A program made the translations under genes and the position numbers. A stretch of 64,000 bases of DNA from an uncultured delta proteobacterium (GTDB taxonomy: Bacteria > Desulfobacterota > Binatia > Binatales > Binataceae): positions 320,001 through 384,000 of the forward strand of contig CAVXXK010000001.1 in NCBI GenBank assembly GCA_963765675.1, read 5' to 3'. Below the pieces are notes generated by a model that was not told where the DNA came from, did not search any database, and saw nothing but the letters and a program-made list of their open reading frames with translations. This document shows, piece by piece, positions 1 to 10,085 of this stretch (its first letter is position 1; each line of letters begins with the position of its first letter).

Positions 1-167
1 TTCGTCTCATCGTCGTCGAGTCTATCGCGAAAGTGTGAACGACGCTCGCCGATTGGATGAATTTTCTATTTCGAAATCCCTATCGCGGATTTTATCATGA
101 CAACTTGATGCGAAGCGGTCGATCACGCGGTAGTAACAGGTCCGGAACCTCGCTCATTCATTGGCGG

Positions 168-253
168 GGCGCGCCTGCGGCGCGCCAGTCTCCCACGGAG
201 AATCACCGGCTAAAGCCGGTGCCACCTTCAGAGGCCTACCGGCTCAGGATGAC
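168..253. repeat. REP-like palindromes (GGCGCGCC-tgc-GGCGCGCC; CACCGGCT-aa-AGCCGGTG; CTCAGGATGAC half-site)
   Basis: Hairpins read directly at 168-186 and 204-221; related motifs recur near 19593-19610 and 24406-24416. Confidence 0.6.
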
Positions 254-262
254 GGACCAATG

Positions 263-1789
263 TTACCTGCGATCTCGCGAGGTGTGACGCACGCTCACAG
301 CCAGCAGCGCGATCATCGCGGCTGCCAGCAGGAGCATCAGGTCAGCGAACCAATTGCCGTGGCGCGCGTAGAATGTCGCACCGCTCCCCGGCGGCATCGC
401 GAACACGATCATTGCGGGATCCTTGTCGAAGGTCGATTCGTGTTGGAGTAGCAGTCCGCGCGAGTCGCTGACCGTCACCAATCCCTGGCGCGCCGAGCGT
501 GCGACCGAGAGTCCCGACTCGATTCCGAACACAATCGCCATCCGGGCATGAATCTCGTCCGAGCCTGGCCAATCCCACGCGGGCACGAACAGGAAGCGCG
601 CGCCGGCGTCAGCGATCTGGCGTCCCAGCGCGGGAAAATCCAGGTCCTTGCTGATCGCGACCGCGGCTTTGCCTTGCGGCAGATCGAAGATCGTCAGATC
701 GGTTCCCGGCGCATAACCCTGCTCGAGGCCCGGACTCGGATGATGCTTGTAATAGCGCGCAACGATATCGCCCGCCGGCGAGATGACGATCGCGAGATTG
801 CGCTTGGGTTCGGGTTCGACCTCGTTCAGTCCGGCGATTAGCCAGACGTGATTGGCAGACGCCATCTGTGTGAAGCCGGAAAGCATGTCCTGCTCGTATT
901 TCGGCCGCACGCCGATGAGCTTCTCGGGCAGCACGATCACCTGCGCGCCCTGAGCCGCCAGCTTCTGCACCATAGGCGCGTAAAGATCGAGCACCGGAGC
1001 GGCGTCGGCTGCTTCAATCGAGTCGAATGCCCCGAGCATATGATCGGTCGCAGCCAGGCCGACGGTGATCGGCGCTCCCGCGTCCTTGCCGCTTAGCCGG
1101 ACCGCGCCGATCGCCGAAATCAGCACGAACACGACCAGCGGAACCGCCGCCATAATCTCCCACTGCATGCGCCATCGGCGCCGATACCACGCAACCGCCA
1201 ATCCCGCAGGCACCCACGCCATCAGAAAGGTAACTCCGGCAAGTCCGGTTACCGAAGCGATCTGCATTATCGGCAGAAACGACGAGACCCAATACGCCGG
1301 CACGCCCCAGCTTCCCTGCGAGGATAGCGTTGCGATTCCGTGCCATGTGGCCGTGGTCAGGATTGGATAGACCAGCGCTGCAAGCAGGCCGACCCATCGG
1401 CGGGCAGCTTGGCAGTGCAGCACCACCAGCAGCGCGAACAGCAGCGCTCCGCAGGCGTGTAGCGCAGCCAGTTTCACCAGCGGAATCGCGAAACTCTCGG
1501 CCGGCCAGAGCGCCATGTTGCCAAGGAAGTAGGCGACGAATGCGCATCGCGCGGCGAACCAATCGGACATCTCGGGTGCCGCCGCCAGAACCGGTAGCGG
1601 GGCCAGAATCGCAACCGGCCATAACCTGATCTCCGCACCGGCGACCGCGTAAAGCATCACGGTCACCGCGACTGCGATTACCGCGGTGGAATAGTTATCC
1701 CATGGGCGCAGGTTGGCGGCCGACCTGAATTCGGCCGCGCGAAAGTCCCGCTCCGATTGCGGGCGATTATCTCGGAACCCGTCTTCCAG
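263..1789 (-). CDS. Membrane-bound nitrilase/CN-hydrolase family protein (apolipoprotein N-acyltransferase-like), nucleophile position is Ser
   Basis: N-terminal TM helices; VLPE, YYKHH and AISKDLDF motifs. ORF track starts at GTG 1666, but the frame is open upstream to a CTG at 1789 preceded by GGAGG. Confidence 0.8.
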   Translation of the reverse strand: MEDGFRDNRPQSERDFRAAEFRSAANLRPWDNYSTAVIAVAVTVMLYAVAGAEIRLWPVAILAPLPVLAAAPEMSDWFAARCAFVAYFLGNMALWPAESFAIPLVKLAALHACGALLFALLVVLHCQAARRWVGLLAALVYPILTTATWHGIATLSSQGSWGVPAYWVSSFLPIMQIASVTGLAGVTFLMAWVPAGLAVAWYRRRWRMQWEIMAAVPLVVFVLISAIGAVRLSGKDAGAPITVGLAATDHMLGAFDSIEAADAAPVLDLYAPMVQKLAAQGAQVIVLPEKLIGVRPKYEQDMLSGFTQMASANHVWLIAGLNEVEPEPKRNLAIVISPAGDIVARYYKHHPSPGLEQGYAPGTDLTIFDLPQGKAAVAISKDLDFPALGRQIADAGARFLFVPAWDWPGSDEIHARMAIVFGIESGLSVARSARQGLVTVSDSRGLLLQHESTFDKDPAMIVFAMPPGSGATFYARHGNWFADLMLLLAAAMIALLAVSVRHTSRDRR

Positions 1790-1851
1790 AACCCCCTCCG
1801 CTCCTAAGATTGCGCCACAAGAGGGCCGTCAGATGCGTCTCCGGCCACGCT

Positions 1852-2694
1852 TCAGGAACGCGCCGCAGGCACGGCGAGACCTTCGTTGAGCGAGCCGGAG
1901 CGAAAGCCGCGCAGATCGATCGCGACGAAACGAAATCCGATCTTCTTGAACTCGCGATCGACCATCTCACGAATCTGCGGTTCGAAAATTCGCGCGATCT
2001 CGGCCTGCTCGAGTTCCAGGCGCGCCACATCGCCGTGATAGCGAACCCGCGCAACGCGAAACCCGAGCGCGCGCAGAAGATCCTCGCCAGCAGCCACTTT
2101 GCGCAAACCCTCGGGAGTGATTTCGGTTCCGTACGGAAAGCGCGACGACAGGCACGGAGACGCCGGACGATCCCACGTCTCGAGCTCCATCGCGCGCGAT
2201 AGTTCGCGAATCTCGGCCTTGCTGAGCTCGGCCTCGACCAGCGGATGGCGCACGCGCTTTTCCGCCGCGGCTTTCATTCCCGGCCGATAGTCGTGCAAAT
2301 CGTCGAGATTGAGCCCGTCGGCAATTTCGTCGATTCCAAGCTCGGCCGCCTTGGCTTCGCACACCGTGAACAGGTTCGACTTGCACAGGTAGCATCGATC
2401 GAGAGGATTGCGCGCGTAGCCGGGAATCTCGAGCTCGTTGGATTCGACGACCAGGTGCCGCGCGCCGATCTGCGCCGCCATCTTGAGCGCGGTATCGCGA
2501 TCCTGCTCGGGCATCGTGGGCGAAGTGGTGGTGAGCGCAAGCACCCGATCTCCGATCGTGTCGTGCGCAGCCTTGAGCACGAAAGTCGAATCGACCCCGC
2601 CCGAGAACGCAACGATCACCGAGCGCATCGGCGCGAAGATCGCGCGCAGCTTCTCGAGCTTGGCGGCCAGTTCAGGTGCGAGTTGCAAATCCAC
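1852..2694 (-). CDS. larE: LarE-family PP-loop ATP-dependent sulfur transferase
   Basis: AFSGGVDS PP-loop, RCYLCK, DYRPG, SPCLSSRFPYG and C-terminal GFRSGSLN. Confidence 0.9.
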   Translation of the reverse strand: MDLQLAPELAAKLEKLRAIFAPMRSVIVAFSGGVDSTFVLKAAHDTIGDRVLALTTTSPTMPEQDRDTALKMAAQIGARHLVVESNELEIPGYARNPLDRCYLCKSNLFTVCEAKAAELGIDEIADGLNLDDLHDYRPGMKAAAEKRVRHPLVEAELSKAEIRELSRAMELETWDRPASPCLSSRFPYGTEITPEGLRKVAAGEDLLRALGFRVARVRYHGDVARLELEQAEIARIFEPQIREMVDREFKKIGFRFVAIDLRGFRSGSLNEGLAVPAARS

Positions 2695-2703
2695 GATTGC
2701 GCC

Positions 2704-3639
2704 TCAAATCCCCTCGGCCTGGAACAGATCGGTCGTCAGGTAGCGCTCGCCGGTGTCGCAGAAGACCACCACCACGATCTTGCCGGGGCCGAGCCGCTTT
2801 GCGATTTTTAGCGCCGCGCAGCAGTTGGCGCCCGACGAGATCCCGACCAGGATTCCCTCTTCGCGCGCGAGACGGCGCGTGTAGAGCGTCGCGTCTTCGT
2901 CGCTGACGGTGATTATCTCGTCATAGGATTTGGTGTCGAGATTTTTCGGAATGAAGCCCGCGCCGATTCCCTGGATCTTGTGAAAGCCCGGTTCTCCGCC
3001 CGACAGCACCGGAGAATTTTTCGGCTCGACCGCGACCACCAGCACCTTGTTCTGGCAATGCTCGTGCAGGTAGCGGCCCGTGCCCGTGATCGTGCCACCG
3101 GTGCCGACGCCCGAGATGAACGCGTCGATGCGCGGCATCTGCTCGACGAGCTCAGGACCGGTCGTGTGATAGTGGATATCAGGATTGGCCGGATTACTGA
3201 ACTGCTGCGGCATGAAGTAGCCGGGATTGTCCCTGGCAAGTTCTTCGGCCTTCGCGATCGCGCCGTGCATCCCGCGAGTGTCGGGAGTCAGCACCAGCTT
3301 GGCGCCGTACGCGGCCAAGAGCGAGCGGCGCTCCTCGCTCATCGTGTCGGGCATCGTGAGAATCAGCTTGTAGCCCTTGACCGCCGCGACCAGCGCCAAT
3401 CCGATACCGGTGTTGCCGGAAGTAGGCTCGACGATCGTGTCGCCGGGCTTGATGCGGCCGGATTTCTCCGCCGCTTCGATCATCGCAAGGCAGATGCGAT
3501 CCTTGACGCTGCCGCCCGGATTGTAGTTCTCGAGCTTGGCCCAGATTTCGGCTTCATCCTTGCCGGGCAGGCGATTTAGGCGGACGACCGGCGTATGGCC
3601 GATAAGATCAAGTGGCGAATGTGCGACGCTCACGGGCAT
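2704..3639 (-). CDS. cysK: Cysteine synthase A
   Basis: NPGGSVKDR (PLP Lys), [22 protein letters not shown]; start taken at ATG 3639. Confidence 0.95.
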   Translation of the reverse strand: MPVSVAHSPLDLIGHTPVVRLNRLPGKDEAEIWAKLENYNPGGSVKDRICLAMIEAAEKSGRIKPGDTIVEPTSGNTGIGLALVAAVKGYKLILTMPDTMSEERRSLLAAYGAKLVLTPDTRGMHGAIAKAEELARDNPGYFMPQQFSNPANPDIHYHTTGPELVEQMPRIDAFISGVGTGGTITGTGRYLHEHCQNKVLVVAVEPKNSPVLSGGEPGFHKIQGIGAGFIPKNLDTKSYDEIITVSDEDATLYTRRLAREEGILVGISSGANCCAALKIAKRLGPGKIVVVVFCDTGERYLTTDLFQAEGI

Positions 3640-3699
3640 GGTCGCAATTCTAGCCGTAAATCGCGTCCTCATGCGACACCGTGGGAACCGGTAAGAAAA

Positions 3700-3742
3700 C
3701 ACCAAGGCACCAGGCGGCCACTAAGACACAAAGGCACAAAGA
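3700..3742. repeat. Short degenerate 8-bp periodic repeat (CACnAAGr)
   Basis: caccaagg caccaggc ggc cactaaga cacaaagg cacaaaga in the cysK/GT9 divergent spacer. Confidence 0.5.
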
Positions 3743-3811
3743 AGAATTTTTGGGTGGAAGACTTTAAGAACAGTTCGGTGCCGCTGTCGCTGCGATGCTA
3801 CTTTATTGCGC

Positions 3812-4745
3812 ATGGGTGGACGCGTGTTGATCATCTTTCCCGGGGCGCTTGGCGACCTGATTTGCCTCGGGCCGGCGATTCGCGCGCTCGGGCGGATGAA
3901 TCCGGGCGCGGCGGTCGAGCTGATGGCGCGTGGGGAGTTGGCGGAGTTCGCGGCCGGACGCCTCGGCGTCGTGGCGGGGCATTCGATCGATCGGCGCGAG
4001 ATGAGCGCGATGTTTCGCGAGGACGGCGCGAGCGATCCGGTCGCGCGGAAATTCTTCGGGCAGTTCGATAAGATCTATTCGTTCTTTGCGTTTGACGATC
4101 CGGTCTATCGCCGCAACCTCAGCCTCGCATCCGGCGGCACTGTAGCGTTTCATCAGTTTCGGCCCGAACGGCGAGGGACATATCGCGGAGCTTTATTTGA
4201 AATCGATCGGAGCCGGGAACGAACCAATCGAATCGCGAATCGATCTGACGCTGGAGGATCACGAAGCCGCTGCTCAAGTGATCGGGAGACTCAACCTGAT
4301 TCCCGATGAGTTCGTGATGCTCTTTCCCGGCAGCGGCAGCGAAAAGAAAAACTGGCCGGAGAAAAACTTCGCGCGGCTGGCGCTCGAAATCGAGGACCTG
4401 ATGCGGATACGTCCGCTCACGGTGCTCGGGCCGGCGGAAGAGGATCTGGGGCCGGTGTTCCACGACTTCGGAATCCCGACGGTTTCGATGCTGTCGCTGG
4501 CGACCGTCGCGTCGCTCGCGGGCTTCGCCGCTGGCTTTGTCGGCAACGATTCTGGAGTCTCGCATTTGGCGGCGGCGGCAGGAGCGTTGGGCGTCGTGAT
4601 CTTCGGGCCGACCGATCCAGCGCGATGGCGTCCGCTCGGACGCGTTACCGTCCTGCCCTCGCCGGAACTCAAAGAGCTTCAGGTCACGACCGTCACAAAT
4701 GCACTTCAAGCCGCGTGCGCGGGTCCGCCGCGATGCTTACATTGA
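3812..4745 (+). CDS. Glycosyltransferase family 9 (ADP-heptose:LPS heptosyltransferase-like), +1 frameshift near 4163-4165
   Basis: PGALGDL at the N-terminus; FPGSG..KNWP, VGNDSGVSHLAAA and IFGPTDPARW in the second frame; removing one C joins the two ORFs. Confidence 0.85.
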
Positions 4746-4880
4746 CTGTGAAAATGGCGTGGCGTAGCTTCAAGATGCGCTTTCGTGCGGATAATTCACC
4801 CATGTTTTTCCTATCTCTTCCGCGCTTGGAATCACCGGGCACCTTGATGACGTGCGTTCGCGAGTCCGCCTGAAATCCAC

Positions 4881-5744
4881 ATGAGAAGCTTTCTCAAAAC
4901 CACCTTTCTGCTCGGCGCGATGACCGGGCTGCTGATGCTGATCGGCGGACTTATCGGAGGACGCGGCGGAGTCGTCATCGCGTTCGTGTTCGCCGCTATA
5001 CTTAACTTCGCGAGTTACTGGTTCTCGGATCGGATGGTGCTCGCGGCGTACCACGCGCAACCGCTGGACGCGACCAGTGCGCCCGAGCTGTACTCGATCG
5101 TCAACGAGCTGGCGCATTCGGCGGGTATCCCGATGCCGCGCCTGTTCATGATCGATGATGACACGCCCAACGCGTTTGCGACCGGACGAAATCCGACGCA
5201 TGCGGCGGTCGCGGTCACGCGCGGAATCATGCGCATCTGCGATCGCGAGGAGCTGAAGGGAGTGATCGGGCACGAGCTCTCGCACGTGATCAACCGCGAC
5301 ATCCTGACCAGCTCGATCGCGGCGACGCTCGCCGGCGCGATCATGATGCTGGCGTACGGAGCGCGATGGGGTGCGCTGCTCGGAGGGTTCGGCGGACGCG
5401 ACGACGACGAGCGCGGCGGAATTATCGGATTGCTCGCGATAAGCATCCTCGCGCCGTTCGCGGCCACGATGATCCAGCTTGCGATCTCGCGCACGCGCGA
5501 GTACCAGGCCGACAAGAGCGGTGCCGAGCTTACGCACAATCCGCTCTTGCTCGCGAGCGCGCTGCGCAAGCTCGAGAACGCCAACGAACGGATGCCGCTC
5601 GAATCCGCGGGACCGGCGACCGCGCATCTGTTTATCGTCAACCCTCTCAGCGCTGGGGGAGTCACGCGCCTGTTTTCAACTCATCCTCCGATCGAGGAAC
5701 GGATCCGGCGGCTCGAGAACATGGCGGCCGGACGCTCCGACTAG
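4881..5744 (+). CDS. htpX: Zinc metalloprotease HtpX
   Basis: PNAFATGRNP, HELSH, SRTREYQAD, FSTHPPIEERI. Confidence 0.95.
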   Translation: MRSFLKTTFLLGAMTGLLMLIGGLIGGRGGVVIAFVFAAILNFASYWFSDRMVLAAYHAQPLDATSAPELYSIVNELAHSAGIPMPRLFMIDDDTPNAFATGRNPTHAAVAVTRGIMRICDREELKGVIGHELSHVINRDILTSSIAATLAGAIMMLAYGARWGALLGGFGGRDDDERGGIIGLLAISILAPFAATMIQLAISRTREYQADKSGAELTHNPLLLASALRKLENANERMPLESAGPATAHLFIVNPLSAGGVTRLFSTHPPIEERIRRLENMAAGRSD

Positions 5745-5754
5745 GGAGGCGGCG

Positions 5755-6195
5755 ATGCGCGACGAAGAAGAAAAAGACAAAGGCTTCAAGGTTCAGGATC
5801 GGCGCCGCTTCTCGCCCGAAGGGGAAGCCAAACCGGACGAGGAGACCGAGGCCGCTCCCGCCGCGGCCGAAACCAAGCCAAACGCAAGTCAAACCGCCGA
5901 GGCATCCGCGCGTCCGTCGGCCAGCGCGCACGCTGCCGAGCCCGAAATCAATTTCGTGACCTTCGTGGTAGGGCTGTCGACCGAGGCGCTGGCGGCGCTA
6001 GGCGAGATGCCCGATCCCGCGACCGGAAAGCATTCGCGCGATCTGCGCGCCGCGCAACAGTTGATTGATATCATCGCAATGCTCGGCGAGAAGACGCGCG
6101 GCAACCTGGACGCGAACGAACAAAGCCTGATCGAGGCGATTCTCTTCGACCTCAGGATGAAATACGTTGAACTTGCGAAGGCGCCCGTGCGTTAA
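5755..6195 (+). CDS. DUF1844-like protein
   Basis: GGAGG RBS; FKVQDRRRF N-terminus; ALGEMPDP, IDIIAMLGEKTRGNL..E and LRMKYVE pattern. Confidence 0.8.
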   Translation: MRDEEEKDKGFKVQDRRRFSPEGEAKPDEETEAAPAAAETKPNASQTAEASARPSASAHAAEPEINFVTFVVGLSTEALAALGEMPDPATGKHSRDLRAAQQLIDIIAMLGEKTRGNLDANEQSLIEAILFDLRMKYVELAKAPVR

Positions 6196-6217
6196 TCGGC
6201 GGCCTCGCTCATTACCA

Positions 6218-7681
6218 ATGCCCCACAAATCAATTCGAGCCGCGCTTTGCGCCACCGCGATAACTGCCGCCGCGATTCTTGTACTGACGGGCGCGGCCGC
6301 CGCAGCCTCCGCCTCTCCGACGCGTTTCTGGACCGACCTGCCCGACGATGCCGGCGGTCATATCGCCAAGGCGCAAACGCTTCCTGATTTCGTCGATCTC
6401 GCCGCCAAGCTCTCGCCGGCGGTCGTCAATGTCTCGACCGAAGAGTCCGACAACTCCGAAGGCGAAGGCGACGACCCGGGCAGGCATCGCGGCGAGTTCT
6501 CCGGCCCCTTCGGGCATCAGCATTCCAAGAGCCTCGCGTCGGGCTTCATCATCTCGAAGGACGGCTACATCCTGACCAACGATCATGCGGTCGATAACCC
6601 GACCAAGGTCACGGTCACGCTGCAGAACGGGCACATCTATCCGGCCAAAGTTGTCGGCAGGGACAAGAAAACCGACATCGCGCTGATCAAGATCGACGCG
6701 GGACACGATTTGCCGGTCGCGCCACTGGGAGATTCGGATCAGGTGCGCGTGGGCGAATGGGTGATGGCGATCGGCAACCCGTTTGGCTTTGACCATTCGG
6801 TGACGGCGGGAATCGTGAGCGCCAAGGGCCGCTTTATCCCGGACAATTTCGATCAGTTCCTGCAGACCGATGCGTCGATCAATCCGGGCAACTCCGGCGG
6901 CCCGCTGATCGATCTGCGCGGCGCCGTCGTGGGCGTCAACTCCGCCATCTACACGCAGACCGGCAGCAGCATGGGAATCGGCTTCGCAATTCCGATCAAC
7001 CTGGTCAAGGAAGAGCTTCCGCAACTGCGCGACAAGGGCAAAGTGACGCGCGGATGGCTGGGCGTGTACATCCAGGCTGTCACTCCCGAACTCGCGCAGT
7101 CGCTCGGACTGAAAGACGCGCAAGGCGCTCTGGTCGCGCAGGTGCTGCCGCACGGGCCTGCGCTGGCGGCCGGTGTTTTGCGCGGCGACGTAATCACGCA
7201 GTATGACGGCAAACCGGTGCTGGATTCGCGCGAGCTGCCGCTGTTGGTCTCGCGCACGCCGCTCCGCAAGACGGTCACGATCACGATCGTCCGCGACCGG
7301 CAGACGAAAGATCTCTCCGCGACGATTACTGAATCGCAGGAAGCGCAGCTCGTGGCTGCCGAGAATCCGCAAAAGACCGGGCCCGAGGGAACGCCGTCGG
7401 AATTCGGGTTGAGGGTCAAGGATCTGAATAGCGAGCTCGCGAAGGAGCTCGGCCTCGACGCGAATCACGGCGTGGTCATCGCCTCGGTCGAGCCGGGCAG
7501 CTCCGCCGATCAGGCCGGGTTGCGTGCGCGCGACGTCGTGCTGGAGGTAAATCGCGCGCCCGTCAGCAACGTCGACGCCTACCAGGCCGCGATCAAGGCG
7601 GGAGCGTCCGGCAAGGTGGTGCTGCTGCTGGTCAAGCGCGCCGAGGGAACACTTTTCTTCGCGATCAAGCCGCAGGGCTAG
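6218..7681 (+). CDS. degP: DegP/DegQ (Do) family periplasmic serine protease with two PDZ domains
   Basis: Signal peptide, LTNDH, TDIAL, QTDASINPGNSGGPL, RGWLGV PDZ. Confidence 0.92.
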   Translation: MPHKSIRAALCATAITAAAILVLTGAAAAASASPTRFWTDLPDDAGGHIAKAQTLPDFVDLAAKLSPAVVNVSTEESDNSEGEGDDPGRHRGEFSGPFGHQHSKSLASGFIISKDGYILTNDHAVDNPTKVTVTLQNGHIYPAKVVGRDKKTDIALIKIDAGHDLPVAPLGDSDQVRVGEWVMAIGNPFGFDHSVTAGIVSAKGRFIPDNFDQFLQTDASINPGNSGGPLIDLRGAVVGVNSAIYTQTGSSMGIGFAIPINLVKEELPQLRDKGKVTRGWLGVYIQAVTPELAQSLGLKDAQGALVAQVLPHGPALAAGVLRGDVITQYDGKPVLDSRELPLLVSRTPLRKTVTITIVRDRQTKDLSATITESQEAQLVAAENPQKTGPEGTPSEFGLRVKDLNSELAKELGLDANHGVVIASVEPGSSADQAGLRARDVVLEVNRAPVSNVDAYQAAIKAGASGKVVLLLVKRAEGTLFFAIKPQG

Positions 7682-7715
7682 GCGCAAGTCGAAGCAGCAT
7701 AATCCGCAGACCGCG

Positions 7716-10085
7716 ATGTCCTTACGACGCATTCTCAAGATCGTCCTGCTGAGTGTGGCGATTCTGGCTCTGTTCTGCATTCCGCCGGCGCTTTACTACT
7801 TCAGTATCTATTACCGCGCGCTCGAGCAGGAAGTGGTAACTCGTTTTTCCGGCAAGCGATGGAATATACCGTCGCGGATCTATTCCGATACTACAATCGT
7901 CTATGCCGGCCAGAACCTGGACGATCTCGGGTTCTTCGAACGCCTGGCCCGGCTTAATTATCATCGTACCGATCCGGGCCACGTAACGACCCGCGGCGAG
8001 TACAGCTTCGATGCGAAGCGCGGCGACCTGGTTATCTTCCTGCACAGTTTCGCATATCCATACGGCAACTTCGGCGGACAGCTGGTCTCGATAGCGCTCT
8101 CGAAGGACGACACCATCGAATCGATGAGCGATCCGGTGACCAAAAAGCCGGTGTTCTCGATCGAGCTCGAGCCCGAATTGATTAGCGGCATCTTCGAGGG
8201 TAGTTGGGATCAGCGCCGGTTGGTGCGCCTCAACCAGATTCCGCCGCTGATGGTGGACGCGATTCTCGCCGCCGAGGATCATCGCTTCTACGAGCATCAC
8301 GGCATCGATCCGGTGCGAATCATCAAGGCGGCTATAGTCGATCTGACTTCGCACCATATCCAGCAGGGCGCCTCGACACTGACTCAGCAGTTGATGAAGA
8401 ATTTCTTTCTGACTAATCAGCGCAGCTACAAGCGAAAACTCACTGAAGCGCTGATGGCGTATATAGCGGAACGCAAGTACTCCAAAGATGAGATCCTCGA
8501 GAACTATATAAATGATATTTATCTCGGCAGGCGCGGACAGGAAGGTATCTACGGCGTCTGGGAAGCTTCCGAATACTATTTTTCGAAAGACCCGCGCGAT
8601 CTGACTATTGCGGAAATGGCGACTATCGCCGGAATGATCAGCTCGCCCAACCGCCTGAACCCGCTGCGCCATCCCGAGGACTCCCAGAAGCGGCGCAATG
8701 AGGTTCTCGCCTCGATGCTCCAGTTTGGCTACATCTCGAAGGCCGCCTACGACGGCGCGGTCGTCGAGCCGCTGCACGCGCGCGAGGTCTATGCCGAGGG
8801 CAACGACGCGCCCTACTTCGTCGAGTACGTGAAGAAGGAGCTGGCCGAGCGCTACCCGCCCGAAGTGCTCAACGACGAGGGCCTTAGAATCTTCACCTCG
8901 CTCGACGTGCATATGCAGAAGCTCGCCGAAGCGTCGATTACCCAGAACCTGACCGACCTCGAGACCAAGCATCCCAAGCTCCTGCGCAAGGAAAAAGACC
9001 AGAAGCTCGAGTCGTGCCTGATTTCGCTGGAGCCGCAAACCGGCAAAATTCGCGCGATGGTCGGCGGACGCAATTATCAATCGAGCCAGTTCAATCGGGT
9101 GATTCAATCCAAGCGCCAGCCGGGCTCCGCGTTCAAGCCGGTGACCTACATGGCCGCGTTCCAGGAAACGCTCGAAGGCGGTCCGGTAAAATTCCTGCCG
9201 ACCAGTTACGTCGATGACAGCCCTTGGACCTGGCAGTACGCCGACAACATGAGTTGGTCGCCGCGCAATTACAAGGACCGCTTCTTCGGAAACGTCACGC
9301 TCGAGTTCGCGCTCGAGGAATCGCTCAACGCCGCCACCTCGCGCGTCGCGTATACGATCGGCCTGGACCGCGTGGTCGCGATGGCGAAGAAGCTCGGCTT
9401 CGGCGACCTGCCGGAATATCCATCGATCGTGCTCGGCGGAATCGAGGTCTCGCCGATCCAGCTCGCTCACGCCTACGCGATAATCGCCAACTACGGCCAG
9501 GAGGTCGAGCCCTACGCGGTCACCTCCGTGGTCGATGAAAACGGCAAGGTGATCGAGGGCCACGAGCTCGAAGCCCACCAAGTCGTCTCGCCCGAGCTCG
9601 CATTCATGATGCAGTTCATGATGGAGCAGGTGATTAATCACGGTACCGGTTACGGCGCGCGCCAGGCCGGCTTCATGCGGCCCGCTGCTGGAAAGACCGG
9701 GACTACCAACGACTCGAAGGACGCGTGGTTCGCCGGCTTCACGCCCAATCTGCTGACCGTCGTGTGGACCGGATTCGATCAGAAAGACACGCTCGGGCTG
9801 ACCGGCGCGCAAGCCTCGTTGCCGGCGTGGACCAACTTTATGAAGAAGGCGACGGCGTCGCGCCCCGCACTTGATTTCACTCCGCCGCCGGATATGGTGA
9901 TCGAACGAGTCGATCCGCTGACCGGATGCAAGGCCGCGCCGGGTAACCCGGTTTCAATCGAGGGAGTATTTCCAAAGTCGATGGAACCGGCTGATCCTTG
10001 CCCCGCCAAAGCCACCGGCACGGTTCCCGCCTCGGTACGCGCGATGCCTGAACTGTCGAATCCTGCCACCGATCCCAACGACTGA
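7716..10085 (+). CDS. mrcB: Class A penicillin-binding protein 1B (UB2H + transglycosylase + transpeptidase)
   Basis: EDHRFYEHHG, GASTLTQQ, RQPGSAFKP, SLN and KTG motifs; UB2H-like segment after the TM anchor. Confidence 0.9.
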   Translation: MSLRRILKIVLLSVAILALFCIPPALYYFSIYYRALEQEVVTRFSGKRWNIPSRIYSDTTIVYAGQNLDDLGFFERLARLNYHRTDPGHVTTRGEYSFDAKRGDLVIFLHSFAYPYGNFGGQLVSIALSKDDTIESMSDPVTKKPVFSIELEPELISGIFEGSWDQRRLVRLNQIPPLMVDAILAAEDHRFYEHHGIDPVRIIKAAIVDLTSHHIQQGASTLTQQLMKNFFLTNQRSYKRKLTEALMAYIAERKYSKDEILENYINDIYLGRRGQEGIYGVWEASEYYFSKDPRDLTIAEMATIAGMISSPNRLNPLRHPEDSQKRRNEVLASMLQFGYISKAAYDGAVVEPLHAREVYAEGNDAPYFVEYVKKELAERYPPEVLNDEGLRIFTSLDVHMQKLAEASITQNLTDLETKHPKLLRKEKDQKLESCLISLEPQTGKIRAMVGGRNYQSSQFNRVIQSKRQPGSAFKPVTYMAAFQETLEGGPVKFLPTSYVDDSPWTWQYADNMSWSPRNYKDRFFGNVTLEFALEESLNAATSRVAYTIGLDRVVAMAKKLGFGDLPEYPSIVLGGIEVSPIQLAHAYAIIANYGQEVEPYAVTSVVDENGKVIEGHELEAHQVVSPELAFMMQFMMEQVINHGTGYGARQAGFMRPAAGKTGTTNDSKDAWFAGFTPNLLTVVWTGFDQKDTLGLTGAQASLPAWTNFMKKATASRPALDFTPPPDMVIERVDPLTGCKAAPGNPVSIEGVFPKSMEPADPCPAKATGTVPASVRAMPELSNPATDPND

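Noticed and set aside
1-120. Possible minus-strand gene start (ATG at 10-8) with an AT-rich upstream region
   Set aside because: Only three codons lie inside the window, so the product cannot be identified.
6230-9812. Long antisense ORFs (also 26217-27899, 38736-40499, 58993-60798)
   Set aside because: Shadow frames of well-supported genes, expected with high-GC codon bias.
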